Assembly (NCBI GenBank): GCA_049999805.1
Contig: JBNGIO010006142.1
Span: 212,769 to 244,964 of the forward strand
From: Folioceros fuciformis
Taxonomy: Eukaryota
Direction of reading: 5' to 3'
Length of the DNA: 32,196 bases
The position numbers and the translations under genes are program-made. The notes under the pieces are model-generated. The model did no database searches. It worked only from the letters and a program-made list of their open reading frames with translations, and was not told where the DNA came from. Each line of letters opens with the position of its first letter. The first letter of the stretch is position 1. Shown piece after piece: positions 1 through 11,949 of the stretch.

Positions 1-672
1 GGCCCGGGCCCGGGCCCAGCCTCGGGCGGGCCCCGCCCAACTGCGGCGGGCCCCACACCTGGCCCTCCTTCACCCCGCGTGTGCCTAGGAACCTTCCACG
101 GATGCTTCTCCGCCATCGCTTCCTCATCCCGCTGCGCGGCTTCTCCAAATCATCACGCTATCATGGGTCGTTACCACGCGCACGAGCCCAGAAAAACGAT
201 TAAATTACGCACCAGGGATGCGATGCCCCGACCCGGGCTGGACCGGGCCGGGCCAGACCGGGCCGGGCAGAGCCGGGCAGGGCCCCAAACCCGTGTTCCC
301 GTGTTCCCGTGTTCCCGTGTGCCCGTGTACCCGCGTACCGTGTACCCATGTACCCCCGTGTACCCGTCCTCCCGTATGCCCGTGCTCCATGTCATGTGAG
401 TGTACTGACTGCCCGCTGTGCACAGCCACACACATGCGGCCATGTAAGCAAGGGCATGTGGTACATGGCATCATGCGGGGCCAGTGGGCCTGGCGCGCGC
501 CCCCGGCATGCCCTGCCCTTTCTGACACATGCATGCCCATGCCCATGTTGTGGCCTCCCCTTCCACGCCCCTTCGTACGCAACGCCACACTCCATTTCGA
601 GCATGCACATCCCACCGCCTGCCCGGCCCTGCCCCGGCCCTGCCCCGGCCCTGCCCCGGCCCTGCCCGAGCT
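1..672. repeat. GC-rich low-complexity repeat block, possibly the subterminal region of a DNA transposon
   Basis: CCGGGC-type motifs at 1-55 and 232-283. Degenerate 8-mer (CCCGTGTT/CCCGTGTA) array at 290-367. About 4.5 copies of the 11-mer GCCCCGGCCCT at 621-668. Abrupt switch to AT-rich DNA after ~675. Confidence 0.6.
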
Positions 673-2455
673 AGTGGGCTAATTAATTCCGTTGTACTAA
701 CTAAGCACCTAATCCTAATCGTGGTCACCTAAAACTTTTAGATTCATTATTCTCTTTCTATTATAACTAATTACAAGTTAACCTACATCTTGAAAACTGT
801 TATACACAAACCCACTTCCTTCCTCTCTCTCTCTCTGTCCCTCCCTTACCCCACTATCTATGTACTTCCTCAAGTAGAGTCCAAAGTGCTTCCCCTCCAC
901 TCCAATGCACGACCCTCAATTCCCCGCTCACGTACCAAATTGGTAGACACTAGTTTTGATGTTGATTATATGGTCTATGCATGTCCTGTCTTTGTGGTAA
1001 TAGACTTGGGAAAATCAACCACTCACCCACCCAAGAAGAGAGGAGAGAAAGTAAAGTAAAGCAAAGCAAAGTGAAGGGTTATTATTAGGATATACCTGCA
1101 CAAGAAATTTTATAATAAGAGTGGGCTGGCCAAGGCTAAGGCCAGGTTGCTTTGGAAAGGAAGTGGGAAGACAAGAAACTGGACTGGTCTTCCTACTACT
1201 TGCCACTTTAACATGCTGTTTGGGTTTTATTGAAGCTTCCAAAGATGAAGATGAGTGGAAAGAGAAGCCTTGCACGTCTTTTCATGAAGCTCTCTAAAAG
1301 AGGGCTTCTTTTGAGAGAAAAAGCAAAACTTGGAACAACACTTGAAATTGCAGGCAAATACATATCTGAATATTCAAAATATATTCCCTGGATTCATTTG
1401 CCTTGGGCTAAGAGCTTTGACCCCAACTAGTGGGCGCCTAAGAAGTGGAGTCTTTTCTTTTCTTCTTTCTTTTTCTTTTTTGAAAAAAAAACAAATACAT
1501 AATTTTTTTTATTGATATTTCATGTATGGTGAAATATAGGGGGTATAGTATTTTTATTTTATTTTTTACACTAGGTATATTATAAGAATAAGTTATTGCT
1601 AACAAGAATGAACAAACAAGTGTTTAATATAACGGTGGTGAAGGCGCACCTCAAGCATATCCGGTTTGTGTAAACTTATACTACTTACATATGTTCAGGC
1701 TGTAATAATTAATGGAATATTTTGGGGACGGGAAGATCGCATCATAGTTAGCGTAACTTGAAAGATATGTTGCTTTGTTACAATGTATGGAAGTACCAGG
1801 CCAGGGCGAGGTAAGGGTGCATATTCCTAGACTTATAATCCTCAAAGGAGACCTTGCTTTGACTGCTTTCTGCATTGTTTATTCTAGTAAATGACCGTTA
1901 TTATAGATTGCTTCAGTTATATACCTACCATTATAATATTCCGGATGGGATATGGTAGATAGACTGACCTGATATGATATGAGATGAGACCCAACAACAA
2001 CCCAACAACAAGAACTACGGGAAGAGGAAGAGAGGAGGAGAGGAGGAGAGGTGGAGAGGTGAGTTAGCATGTAGTTTTTGGTCATGTGCTTTTGTTGGTT
2101 TTTTAAAGAGTATTTTTATGATTTAATAAATAATAGTATTTGGTGTGCCACTAGGTGGAAAAAGGGGGAAGGAAATTGATACGCAGCCCTCATGGCCTGG
2201 CCTGCTTGAATGTATGCACATGAACAGTGGCCAGGATTTGAGGAGGATATGGCATGGATTGTTGGAGTGTTTGGTAGCACGGAGAGGAGGAGACCAATGG
2301 GGTGGGGGATGAGTAAGAATGGAGGAGGTTGTGGATGCAATCTAGGTGGAGTGTTGTACTTGTCACATTTGTATAATTATGGCACATGCTGGGATGGTCC
2401 AAGTTGGCTCAAAGAGAATCTTGTTCCTGGCCGGGAACAAGGCAGCAGGAGGGGG

Positions 2456-2555
2456 NNNNNNNNNNNNNNNNNNNNNNNNNNNNNNNNNNNNNNNNNNNNN
2501 NNNNNNNNNNNNNNNNNNNNNNNNNNNNNNNNNNNNNNNNNNNNNNNNNNNNNNN
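2456..2555. other. Assembly gap (100 N)
   Basis: Run of N flanked by G/GGA-rich sequence. Confidence 0.99.
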
Positions 2556-3201
2556 AGGAGGAGGAGCAGGAGCAGGAGGGGCCGGGGCCGGAGCAGCAGC
2601 AGGCTCTACGGGAGGCAGAGCTTGTGGCTGGGATGACGCAAAGCAGGGACCCCCCAGAAGCTGGAATATCGTTTCAGCTGCTTGGTGGGTCGGTCTCTCA
2701 CATCGCTGCAGTTCCTGCAGGCTTTGCTTTGCTTGCATCACTGTTGTCATCAACCGGACTGGAAGGAGAAAGGAGGAGGCTCGATTTCCGGCAACCGGGT
2801 CGGATGGGGTTGGGAATTTCCAACAGATTCGGGCTTCTGATTTAGCCGCGTATATTCAGCCGTATGACGCTGTGACTTGGCAGGCAGCAGGTGGTGGGTG
2901 CCACGTCCCGCTGCCACCTGCTGCCCAGTTTCCAAACCCTGCCCCATGACTCCGGCAATCCTGTCGCACTGACTTGTGCGTGTCCGTGTCCGTGTCCGTG
3001 TCCCGGTCGGGCCCGTTGCGTTCCGTTGCATTTCCGGACTCGCAGGAGCTTCATCTCGGACTGCACTGCGCTGCACGCACCGTCTGCTGATTGAACGCAA
3101 AACCGGGCTGGAGCTGGGGCTGGGATTCGTCGGACGTGTCGGGTGCTGTTGGGATTTCTCATTCCTTTCTCTTTCCCCGCCAGGGTAAGGGCGTCGTCGA
3201 C

Positions 3202-6200
3202 ATGGGGCTGGACTGGCAGACGGAGCCAGCGGTGGACGCTGCTCTGCTCGCTGCTGCGGCTTCTAATTTTGCGGGTTATCCAGGTACCCACCCGTCCTTG
3301 ATGCTCTTGATTTGCTGGGTCCGCGGCGTTCGCTTCGGACCTGATCACGACACGGTCGGTGGGCAGGAGTGTTGTCGGATGCGTCGGCTAAGGAGTTTTT
3401 AGATCAGTTCCCGCTGCCTTTGATCTTCAGGTGGGGTGTTGCACTCCTGGGGTCTTTGGCTGGGAGGGGATTGCACATGGGTTGGGCCTGTTTAGGACTG
3501 CGTGACCTAATTGTGAAAGCTGGTTTCTTCTTTCAGCACACTGGAGAGGGTTCTGCAGCAGGATGAAGATGTTCCTGGCTTGGAGAGTGCTGTGGTGGAT
3601 GCCCTTGAGAGGATTTTTAAAACAAACTACGGAGCCACTTTACTTGTCTATGCAATGGTGAGTCCGGTATTCCTGTTCCTGCAATGTCAGGATTGTTGCA
3701 CTTTTGATTGATTCACCGGCTCCTGCCAGGACTGGTCTTGGAAATTCGATCCAAAAATCATGACATGAGCGTGGTTTGTTCTGCTGTTTCGTTTGTGGTG
3801 CAGCCTTATGCAAATCTTGGTTTGACAGCGACATCTCCTCTCGTCAGGCGACTTGCCTGTTTCGCGGTGAGCAGCTTGTGTATGCTGATGCCAGTGAGTT
3901 GCTTTTGCATGGATTCTTGGACTCACGTTGTATGCTCACGTTGTCAGATCTCAAGGTTGCTGGAACAAAGCAAAGTGGACGGAGGAGCAGCAATTCAGGC
4001 AGTTGCGAGTGCTGGTTTAGCGCAGCCCTTGATGATGGCACTTGCTGATCGGTGCACCTCTAGTCCAGCCCCTGTGGTTGAAATCGTGTCAAGGTTGCGA
4101 GGAACTGGGAGTATAAAGTATTCACTGATTGTACAGGGATGATGCTGTTGCAGCGGCAGCTGCAGAAGCACTGCTGCAGCTCACCAAGTTCCCGGAAGGT
4201 TTGGTAAGATGTTCTTGCCTGCTGCCATTTTGGGGTGCACGCGTTTTGAAGGGCAGTCCGAGATGTGAATCTTCCTGGAATTACAGGAGCTTCTGTTCAC
4301 GGACAAAGGAGCTGGTGCTGGAAGCCTGAAGCAAATGGCTCTGAGTGGCTCTGCGCTGGCAAGTTTGACAATATCCTGATCTCGATCAGTTTTGACTTAC
4401 CAAAGAGGAAGGTGTAGTAACATGGTCAGCTCTCTGTTGCCTTGCAGGTGAGGATTAGAGCCCTATCAGTTGCGGAGAAAATGTTTGGAATATCTGAAGC
4501 AGCTGCATATGCAATACAGCAGTCTGGGGTTCTAGATGTGCTAGCAATGGAACTTGACAACGGAGATGACATTCTGGCCCAGATGAATGCCCTCGAGCTT
4601 CTTCACCAGGTGTGCTTCTGTTTGGGAGTTTGTTGGATCTTTTTTGCTGAATTGCATTGCAGTTTTTGAAAGAAGTTCGTTGTTGCGCCTTGCAAGCTCG
4701 TAAAGTGATTTGAGCTTTGATACAGCTGTCATTAACAGTCTCCGGCATTCAGTTCCTTTGTGGAGGAAACCTGATTGAACGGTTCACATCTACCATAAGG
4801 TGCGTCAAGTCGTTGTTGCAGTGGTCTACGGATATTGTAGAGCTACTTCCACAGGGAACTGAGAGGATGGGTTCATGCAGAGATCCTACAGTTGATCCTC
4901 TTATTCGGGCTCGAGCCATTTCAGTGGGTGCCCGGCTAGTATCTAATGCTGCCAGATCACCAGTCGTTGAACCAGGTATCTGGAGAAGGTACTCATACCT
5001 TGTTCATTTGTCCTGCTTGGAAAGATAATGAACCGTACGTGTGTTGTACAGGCTATAGCAAGGGCCTGATGCAGGCGATTGATGATAACATGGAGAGGCT
5101 GAAGGCGATCGAAAGTACTTCAACTGAGGTTGCGAATGAGCAAGAGACTGTGCTGGATTCTCTTGGAGAGATTGGAGCACGTATGTCAATCTTTTCTTAG
5201 GTTCATACCTTCTTCTTCTTGCATTGTTCTTATGCTCCGTTCTCTGTATTGTAGCTTGAATCGTGACTGACAAAGCAAGTTTGGCAGATTCTGAAGGAGC
5301 TGAGTTGCTACTTTCTGGTCCAAGACCAACTGCAAGACTAATTATTGATGCTGCCTTTAAAGGAAGACAAGGCATCCAGTTGGTATGTTGTAACTGAGGG
5401 GACTGCCTCAGCTAGCAGGCAGCTTTCACATCACTCTCCTTTGACCTATGCTGTGGATTGACAAGCAGGCTGGAGTTCACGCTCTTGCATCCCTTCTTGG
5501 GACAGAGAGAACAGAGACACCACTCTTGAGTGAGCAGGGAGAAAACTCTTTCCGCAATCTTATTTACGAAGCAACTAGTGGTTCATCTCAAACACCATCG
5601 GTATGCGAATCCTTGTGCCTTGGCGGACTATTTCTTCTAAGCATCAGCACATTTCAGCCCGTAAATTTTATGCTGTGGACGTATGCAGGGTTCGGTGTGG
5701 TCTCTCGTACAGCAAGCCCCGGACCTCAGGATTGCGGTACTTAACATTCGATTTAAAGTGTTCGTGGATTTACTGCTGATGGGTGGGTGGATTGGGAGCT
5801 GAGCTGGCAATACATCGTCTCACTGCAGACCTACCGGCTAATCACCGTGCTTGTTGCCCGTGTATGGTGGCTCCGAGAGCTCAGCTCTCACACCCAGTTG
5901 GTCGATCTTGTGGCAGATGCACATACAGAGACGCTGAAAGAAGGTATTGTATTGTTCAATACCCTGGGTCTCCTTTTTGGGGTTTTGGCATCTGGTCCAG
6001 GGAAGTATCCTAACCAACTTTTAAACTCCTTGGCGTGAGAGTAGGTATGGATTGGCGCCATGCAGCGTGCGTGGCTATGTCATCGGCTCTAACTGCGGCT
6101 GTGCAGAGAGGAGAGCCTTTTCCGGTTGAGATTCTGGACAAGGTACTTGTCCGGTGGCTCTTCTCGTGCTCCTTCTCATGTGTGTTGTCTGCCTGTCATG

Positions 6201-6329
6201 TGGCCACGGGGATAAGAACCATTTTTTGTGGGTGGCAAACAGATGGATACGGCTGTCCGGAGGGGTCCTTATTTTGCAAGAGAGCAAGTCGAAGCACGGC
6301 CCATAGTTGTCACGCAAGAAAGGTTTTAA
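3202..6329 (+). CDS. PSMD5: 26S proteasome non-ATPase regulatory subunit 5 (S5b, ARM/HEAT-repeat assembly chaperone; At3g15180-like), ~17 exons
   Basis: Spliced model with approximate exons 3202-3283, 3367-3430, 3537-3657, 3804-3866, 3948-4051, 4137-4203, 4287-4358, 4448-4609, 4726-4799, 4881-4975, 5052-5180, 5288-5382, 5469-5600, 5689-5736, 5829-5943, 6045-6141, 6243-6329. Family-typical segments: FAGYPG..SAKEFLDQFPLPLIF, DVPGLESAVVDALERIFKTNYG, AGVHALASLLG, YRLITVLVARVW, AVRRGPYF..ARPIVVTQERF*. Confidence 0.9.
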
Positions 6330-6745
6330 GCATTGGGCGCTAATGTAAGTCAATGTCCCATAGCTGGAATGAGGGAAGATCAATGTTGGGCTTTTAGTGT
6401 CGACCAAAGAGGAAGAGGACAGCAGTGGTGAAAGACATGAATTACGTTATCAATAGCCAATTCACTGTTAAAGCCCGCATGATATTGACTGCGTGAATTT
6501 GTGAACGATCAATGAAGGTCAAATTGAAGAAACCTTCAAAACTCTTTTATCAGAAATATGGTACATACTCGTTGCGGCAGGGAAACAGTCCATGCGCCTT
6601 CCTGCGATGCAATTCCATTATCTTAGACACTTCTTAACAGTCTCAAGGATAGGAAAGGACCGGTGTACACATGTACGGTAACAATCACCTGGAATGTAGT
6701 CGGCCAAACAGCATTGCTTACGGTTACTGAGGTCCTTGGAGCAGA

Positions 6746-7843
6746 CTACTTATACTTCTCCATTATTCTCCGGGCTTCTTCAAGTGCCTCGGAGTCTGAT
6801 CGACGAGCGGCTCCGCTGGCCCCCGCATCATCTCCACCTCCACTAGTGCTTGAGCCACCCTTGCTGTAATAGAGAACTGCTCCGTAGCCTATACCTCCAA
6901 TGGCCTGCTCATATCCATCACACATAAAAATGTGAGACCAGATTGCACCCACATACACATCACACATGACGGTACGGTACGTGAGACAAGATTTCAGCCC
7001 GTACAATTCGCGCTTCACGATACGTTTAGACCAGATCTCACATATGCATCACACATCAAGACACGTGAGACTAGACATCACCCACAAGGCCTAGGAATCA
7101 TTGCTCTTTTCCGTTAAGTATGTTCAGTTCCAGAAGTGGATGAAGAGAAATAAAAGCCTACCGCAACAAAAATGAGAGTGGAAACGATTGACCGTAATAC
7201 GAAGGATAACATCACAATCCCTCCCAACGCCACTCCTGCTTGAGCTAGGGGCCTTGGGACAGATTCCTGGCACAAGCAACATGTCAGACACCACAAACAG
7301 CTACTCTTGGTACCATGACTTGGTGCCTTGCGTTCCAGAGCATCTCACAGGTATCAGCCTTGTGCCGACGTCCAATGCCTGTCGTCCAGCCTTCAAAACA
7401 GCACCCAGAACTGCCATGAAGCATACACGAAATCAGCTTCCCACAAAGGACGCAGAGGAATCTCACATGCGTGGCCTTCCTCCACCTCATCAATGTCCGA
7501 AAAAACACGAAGTACATCTGCAATGCGTGAAGGCAGAGAGAAAACCTCTGATGATATCGTTCTGTCCCGCGACCACCTGCAACCCTTTTGCACGCGGCAA
7601 TGGGGTTGCAATTCTCCCCTTTAGCTTCTCACCAAGACATAATGTGCCCGACGCCCATCTCGCCGACCCCGCCGACAGCTTCTCACGTCGGGACAACCCG
7701 AGACTCCTGAGTTGAGAATCGACACAAGAACAGGAAGGAGCAGAGAGGGGCTTGAACGAGCAAGAAGCCATGGGTGGGTCGCTGCATCGCACAGTCGGAA
7801 AGGAGACACATGCGACGGACATGGAAGGAACAGCTGCAGCCAT
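6746..7843 (-). CDS. Small plastid-targeted transmembrane protein of unknown function (At2g05310/At4g13500-like), 4 exons
   Basis: Exons 7843-7546, 7410-7349, 7266-7162, 6904-6746 with GT-AG introns. Ser/Arg-rich transit-like N-terminus, LDVGTRLIP|ESVPRPLA, two hydrophobic helices, conserved C-terminus ALEEARRIMEKYK*. Confidence 0.8.
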
Positions 7844-8386
7844 CGCAATGTAATCCTCCCTTCTCACGGAACTGTATCCGCGACCGGGCAACAGCTCGTT
7901 CACAACTTCCTCCGCCTCGTTGTAACTAAATCAAGGGAAACTCACATTTCGTAGCAACGAATTGCGCAGATGGGTTCAAACACAATATCGGAAACAACAC
8001 GAAGTGTGAAATGCTTCAATCTTCGAAGAGCCCACCACTGTCGGGGATCTCGGAGGAGATCATGAGCTGCTTGTGCCAATCGATTGGACTCTGCAAAGCT
8101 TCACCCTAATCTGAGGAAGAACACTGTTGTTCGGTGCTTGCGGAGACTTTGCGCTCAGTAAGCAGTCAGGATTGACCAATTTTACCACCAATGCATCGCG
8201 GTGCGACAAGTGGAAGCCTGGAAGAGCTTTATCCGGGAGGCCTTGGAACACAAGAACTTTACGCCTTTTATGGAATGAAGATTAATGTTACACGAAACAC
8301 TATGTTACACAGGAACCTGAAAAGCAGAACATCCCGGATTCTTTGCAGCTTTGAGAGAGCACGGACTAGAGCCTGAGAAACTTCCT

Positions 8387-9653
8387 TCACCTGTAAATCC
8401 ATTCTCTAGCCCGGCCACCTGACTCATCTAGATCAATAAATATACTCACGGCCTGCGAAGCAACAGAAACCATGAGCCTTGAATAACAGCTGCAGATGAG
8501 GGTTCAAAGGACAGATGAGGGTTCGATAAGCGCAGCTGTTGCAACCCATGACTACGGGACTTACCTTCCCTATGCGGGGCCTCTCCTTCGTTTTCGCAAG
8601 ACTGGTACGAATGTACGATACGGCGCCCCAGCCTCTCAGCAGGTTTGCAACCGAGTCCAGATGTGACAAATACTCTTCCTCCGTGAGAGGAAATGAGCGC
8701 TGGATCATCAGACAAGCAGCTGCAATAAAGCATTAGAATCAGAAGAACTTGGATGAGCGAGCCATAGGTTTATCAGCACCTTATTTCTTGACTGGGAAGG
8801 GTTACAGAATGTTCCACAAGTATTTTTACGTTACCTGCTCACGATATTTCCACATGATGTTCATTGCTAGTAGCTGTCGTCCCATAAATTCCTGCACTGG
8901 TTGCCATGGACGACTTGAAGTGCTCGCAAAGACGGAAGACAATGACAATACCGACTCCTGCAAAGTATCTGAATAGGCATCTACACTGGCACAGGTAGAC
9001 ACGCGTAGCATTTGGCATTTACAAGAACGCACCTTTTTTATCAACTGGACATCATAGGACCTCCCATACTTGTTCCGAATGAGTTTGGCTAGGTCCCTCC
9101 CGCCAAAAGAGGCATCTTCGTTGTCCATCATCTGCTCCATCTGTTTGCGAAACAATTCGGAATTTACCTGGCAGAAGAGAAACACATCAGGCCCTCCGCT
9201 GCACTGACCAACCACCTTCTTGACCAGTCTTTCTGTTCACACCTGCCTTTACACCTTTCTGGTGGCTGAATAGGCTATATTATCCATGCACACAGGCGAA
9301 CGCCGCCGCTCTCAACAGGGTGAACGAGACAGGACTGGACTCACATCGCTAGGGTTAGAGTCACTGGATGACGTCTCGTCACTGCTACTGGCCTCATCAT
9401 CCTCGGGTTGCCCGGGGTCGCCAAGCAAGGCATGCACTGAGACCGGACATGCCTTCTCTGTCCATTGCTGGGGAGCACTGTAGAGCCTTGAGTCTGAATA
9501 GAAGGCCCTCCTCGAAGATAACACATCTTTGCGACTGTGAACTTTCCCCCTTCCCAGGCTCTTCAGACGACACTCAAAGCTGCATTCTCCGTTTACTTGA
9601 AACCTTGCCAGACTGGATGTGGGTTGTACAAAGGCAGAAACAGTTCCCGCCAT
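8387..9653 (-). CDS. DUF3067 family plastid protein (cyanobacterial-type), ~5 exons
   Basis: Exons 9653-9345, 9167-9033, 8891-8835, 8699-8565, 8452-8387. Motifs DLAKLIRNKYGRSYDVQL, LAMNIMWKYREQRSFPLTEEEY, VANLLRGWGA, KERPRIGKAVSIFID. Transit-peptide-like N-terminus. Confidence 0.88.
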
Positions 9654-10325
9654 CTGCTGTTTGATATATTACAAGTGAATACCCTGTAACACAAAGAGTG
9701 GCCAATCCATTAGACTGCAGCAAAAGCGACAATTTTCAGACGGAACCCACCAGAATGCCTTTCAGGGTATATGTTGGCTGGCAATGTACACTTGCACACA
9801 GAAACGACGATGAGACACTCAGAATCACGAATTCACAAAAGGAAACGAAAGAAGAGAGTCTGAGCGCTTGAGTCGAGACCTCGTCCACTGCTCGGAACGA
9901 ATCTGCAAGGTCTATCATTACCTACGTCTTCTGCAGAGTTGTACGGGAACAACACACGTCGCCGGCACCAAGTACAAATAGTACTGCAGTGAACTACTCA
10001 TCCGACCAGAAGCAACAAGACGACACAACGCACTGATCGTCACGCCTGAAATGCGAGACAGGAATCGAATATATTACCTCAGTCAGCAGCACCGGACATG
10101 AGCGTGAGAAGCTCTTCCCAGTCGAGTCCCTTGAAGCACAGCTGCGTGACGAGCCACGTTTGGAAGACGACAGAGGTAGGCAGCCCAAGGCCCGCACGTC
10201 GTCCACGGCAACACGCGAATCCACTGACCTCCAGCAGGACCATCAAAGCCCTAATGTGTTCGCACACGTAAACCGTCCGAAAACAGACTCTTATCTGCTG
10301 TCATCGATCTTTCTGGGTCTCAACC

Positions 10326-11836
10326 ATGGCCGAGCTGCGAGCTCTCACGTTCAACTTTGCCCTTGCTGCTCCCTCGCAGCGCAGGCAGCTGGGCTGTCGG
10401 AATGCGGTGTCCTGTACCAGGGCCATGCGGGCTGATCCAGTATGCAGCAGTCTGGAGCTTTGTGTAGCCGATTTGGGTATGGGGCAGAGTTCTGGCATGA
10501 AATCTGTAGGGAGGGGTATTGAAGTGGAGAGAGTGGAGATAGGTGCAACGAAGATTTTCCTGCTTGATGTGCACCCTCTCTGTTATGATGGGAATAAGCC
10601 TCGGCCATCTGCTCTGGTAGAGTGGATAAGGTTGCTGTTTCATCAAGTCACGCACGGAGACCCCGTCATTGCAGTAAGCAAATGCCAACCGTCAACCATG
10701 CTGTCCCTTGGTCTGTCGTTCGCACCGTGAGATTTGCTCGCTTCCACCATTGCAACCTGAGGTTTTGAGTTTTTCGGTTTATCAAGACACTTCTCTAACC
10801 AGGTCATGGATGGAGAAAGAGGGAATGAGTTTCGAAAGAGTTTGCTGCCAACTTACAAAGAAAAACGTATAAAGTACAAGCCACTTCCTGCTGTGCCTGC
10901 TCACAGATATGGGTCCTTTGACGTTGACATACGGGAAGCTCTGCCCCTGATCACTGAATGCCTTGCCCAGTGCAATGTACCGGTAATCACTGCTTTCGTG
11001 CTGGGATTTTTGCTTCTGCGTCTTCCATCACGGGTCCCCTTGACCAGTGGGTAGACTGTAAGGCATCTGTGAATCATGAATGCAGGTAGTAAAAGTTGAA
11101 GATGCAGAAGCAGATGACGTGATAGCCACATTAATGCAGCAAGCTTTGGCCAGGGGACTGAAAGTTGCCATCGCGTCACCGGATATGGATTTTAGGCAGC
11201 TGCTATCTGAGAAAGTTCAGATGGTGTTACCAATCCCGAAGCTTCGAAGATGGTCTTTCTACACTCTGCAGCAGTACCTTAATCAACATGACTATGATCC
11301 GAGACTTGAACTTGGACTTCGTAAGTGCTTGTATCATTCCTTATCCGCTCCTCGCCAGTTAACTTTGATGCACCATATTTGCGGGGTTTGACATTTCTGT
11401 TGAAGGTACCTTGCTCCACTGTGCAGGATCTATGATGGGGGATCCTAGTGACAATGTTCCAGGTCTCGGAGAGTTCAATCCACAGTTCGGTAAGAAGACG
11501 GCGATCAAACTAATGAAGCAACATGGATCGCTGGAAAATTTGCTTCTGGCTGCTTCTAAAAGGACTGTAGGAAGGCCCTACGTCCAGGATACCCTTAAAG
11601 CTCACGCTGCTGAACTCCGACGAAATTTTCAAGTTCTCAGCTTCAGAAGGTGTGTTGTTTAAATATCCGAGTGAGGATGCATGTTCAGAAATATGAACTG
11701 ATGATGTCTTCTTGACGTCTTCTATATCAGGGATATTGATGTAAAGCTTCAGAATCATTGGTGTATGCTTCGAGATGCGAGCAATGACAAGATAGCTTTA
11801 AAACGTGTACGAGAGGAATTTCAATTTCTGAAATGA
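10326..11836 (+). CDS. OEX2: Organellar 5'-3' exonuclease (Pol I 5'-nuclease/FEN-like; At1g34380-type), 5 exons
   Basis: Exons 10326-10673, ~10803-10982, 11086-11320, 11428-11649, 11731-11836. Motifs IFLLDVHPLCYDGNKP, LLPTYK, EADDVIATL, IASPDMDFRQL, and H3TH region MGDPSDNVPG..FGKKTAIKLMKQHGSLENLL. Confidence 0.88.
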
Positions 11837-11949
11837 AACACAGGGCTGTCTAGCTTAGATCAAGTCTGCCATGTTTCCAACTCGAGAGGCGGCGGCCGCT
11901 GCAAGTGTTCGCTTGACTTGTTCAGAAAGGGATTCCGCCGCTCAGGTGC

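Noticed and set aside
79..732. Multiple overlapping ORFs of 67-154 aa
   Set aside because: Artefacts of GC-rich tandem repeats that lack stop codons, with no recognisable domain.
790..2200. AT-rich region with short ORFs; a minus-strand HPYLALAWYFHTL stretch (~1780-1820) faintly recalled a transposon-derived domain
   Set aside because: Too short and interrupted by stops to support. Probably decayed TE or intergenic DNA; would need an HMM search.
2210..2949. ORFs crossing the first N gap, possibly a Pro-rich gene divergent from PSMD5
   Set aside because: ORF lengths are inflated by Ns, and no consistent splice model or homology could be recognised.
9168..9344. Possible extra micro-exon inside the first DUF3067 intron
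   Set aside because: Candidate donor and acceptor pairs do not keep phase, while a single 177-nt intron joins the flanking exons in frame.
6746..11836. Apparent cluster of three adjacent plastid-targeted genes
   Set aside because: Their functions are unrelated, and plastid proteins are common enough that adjacency in a compact genome is expected by chance.
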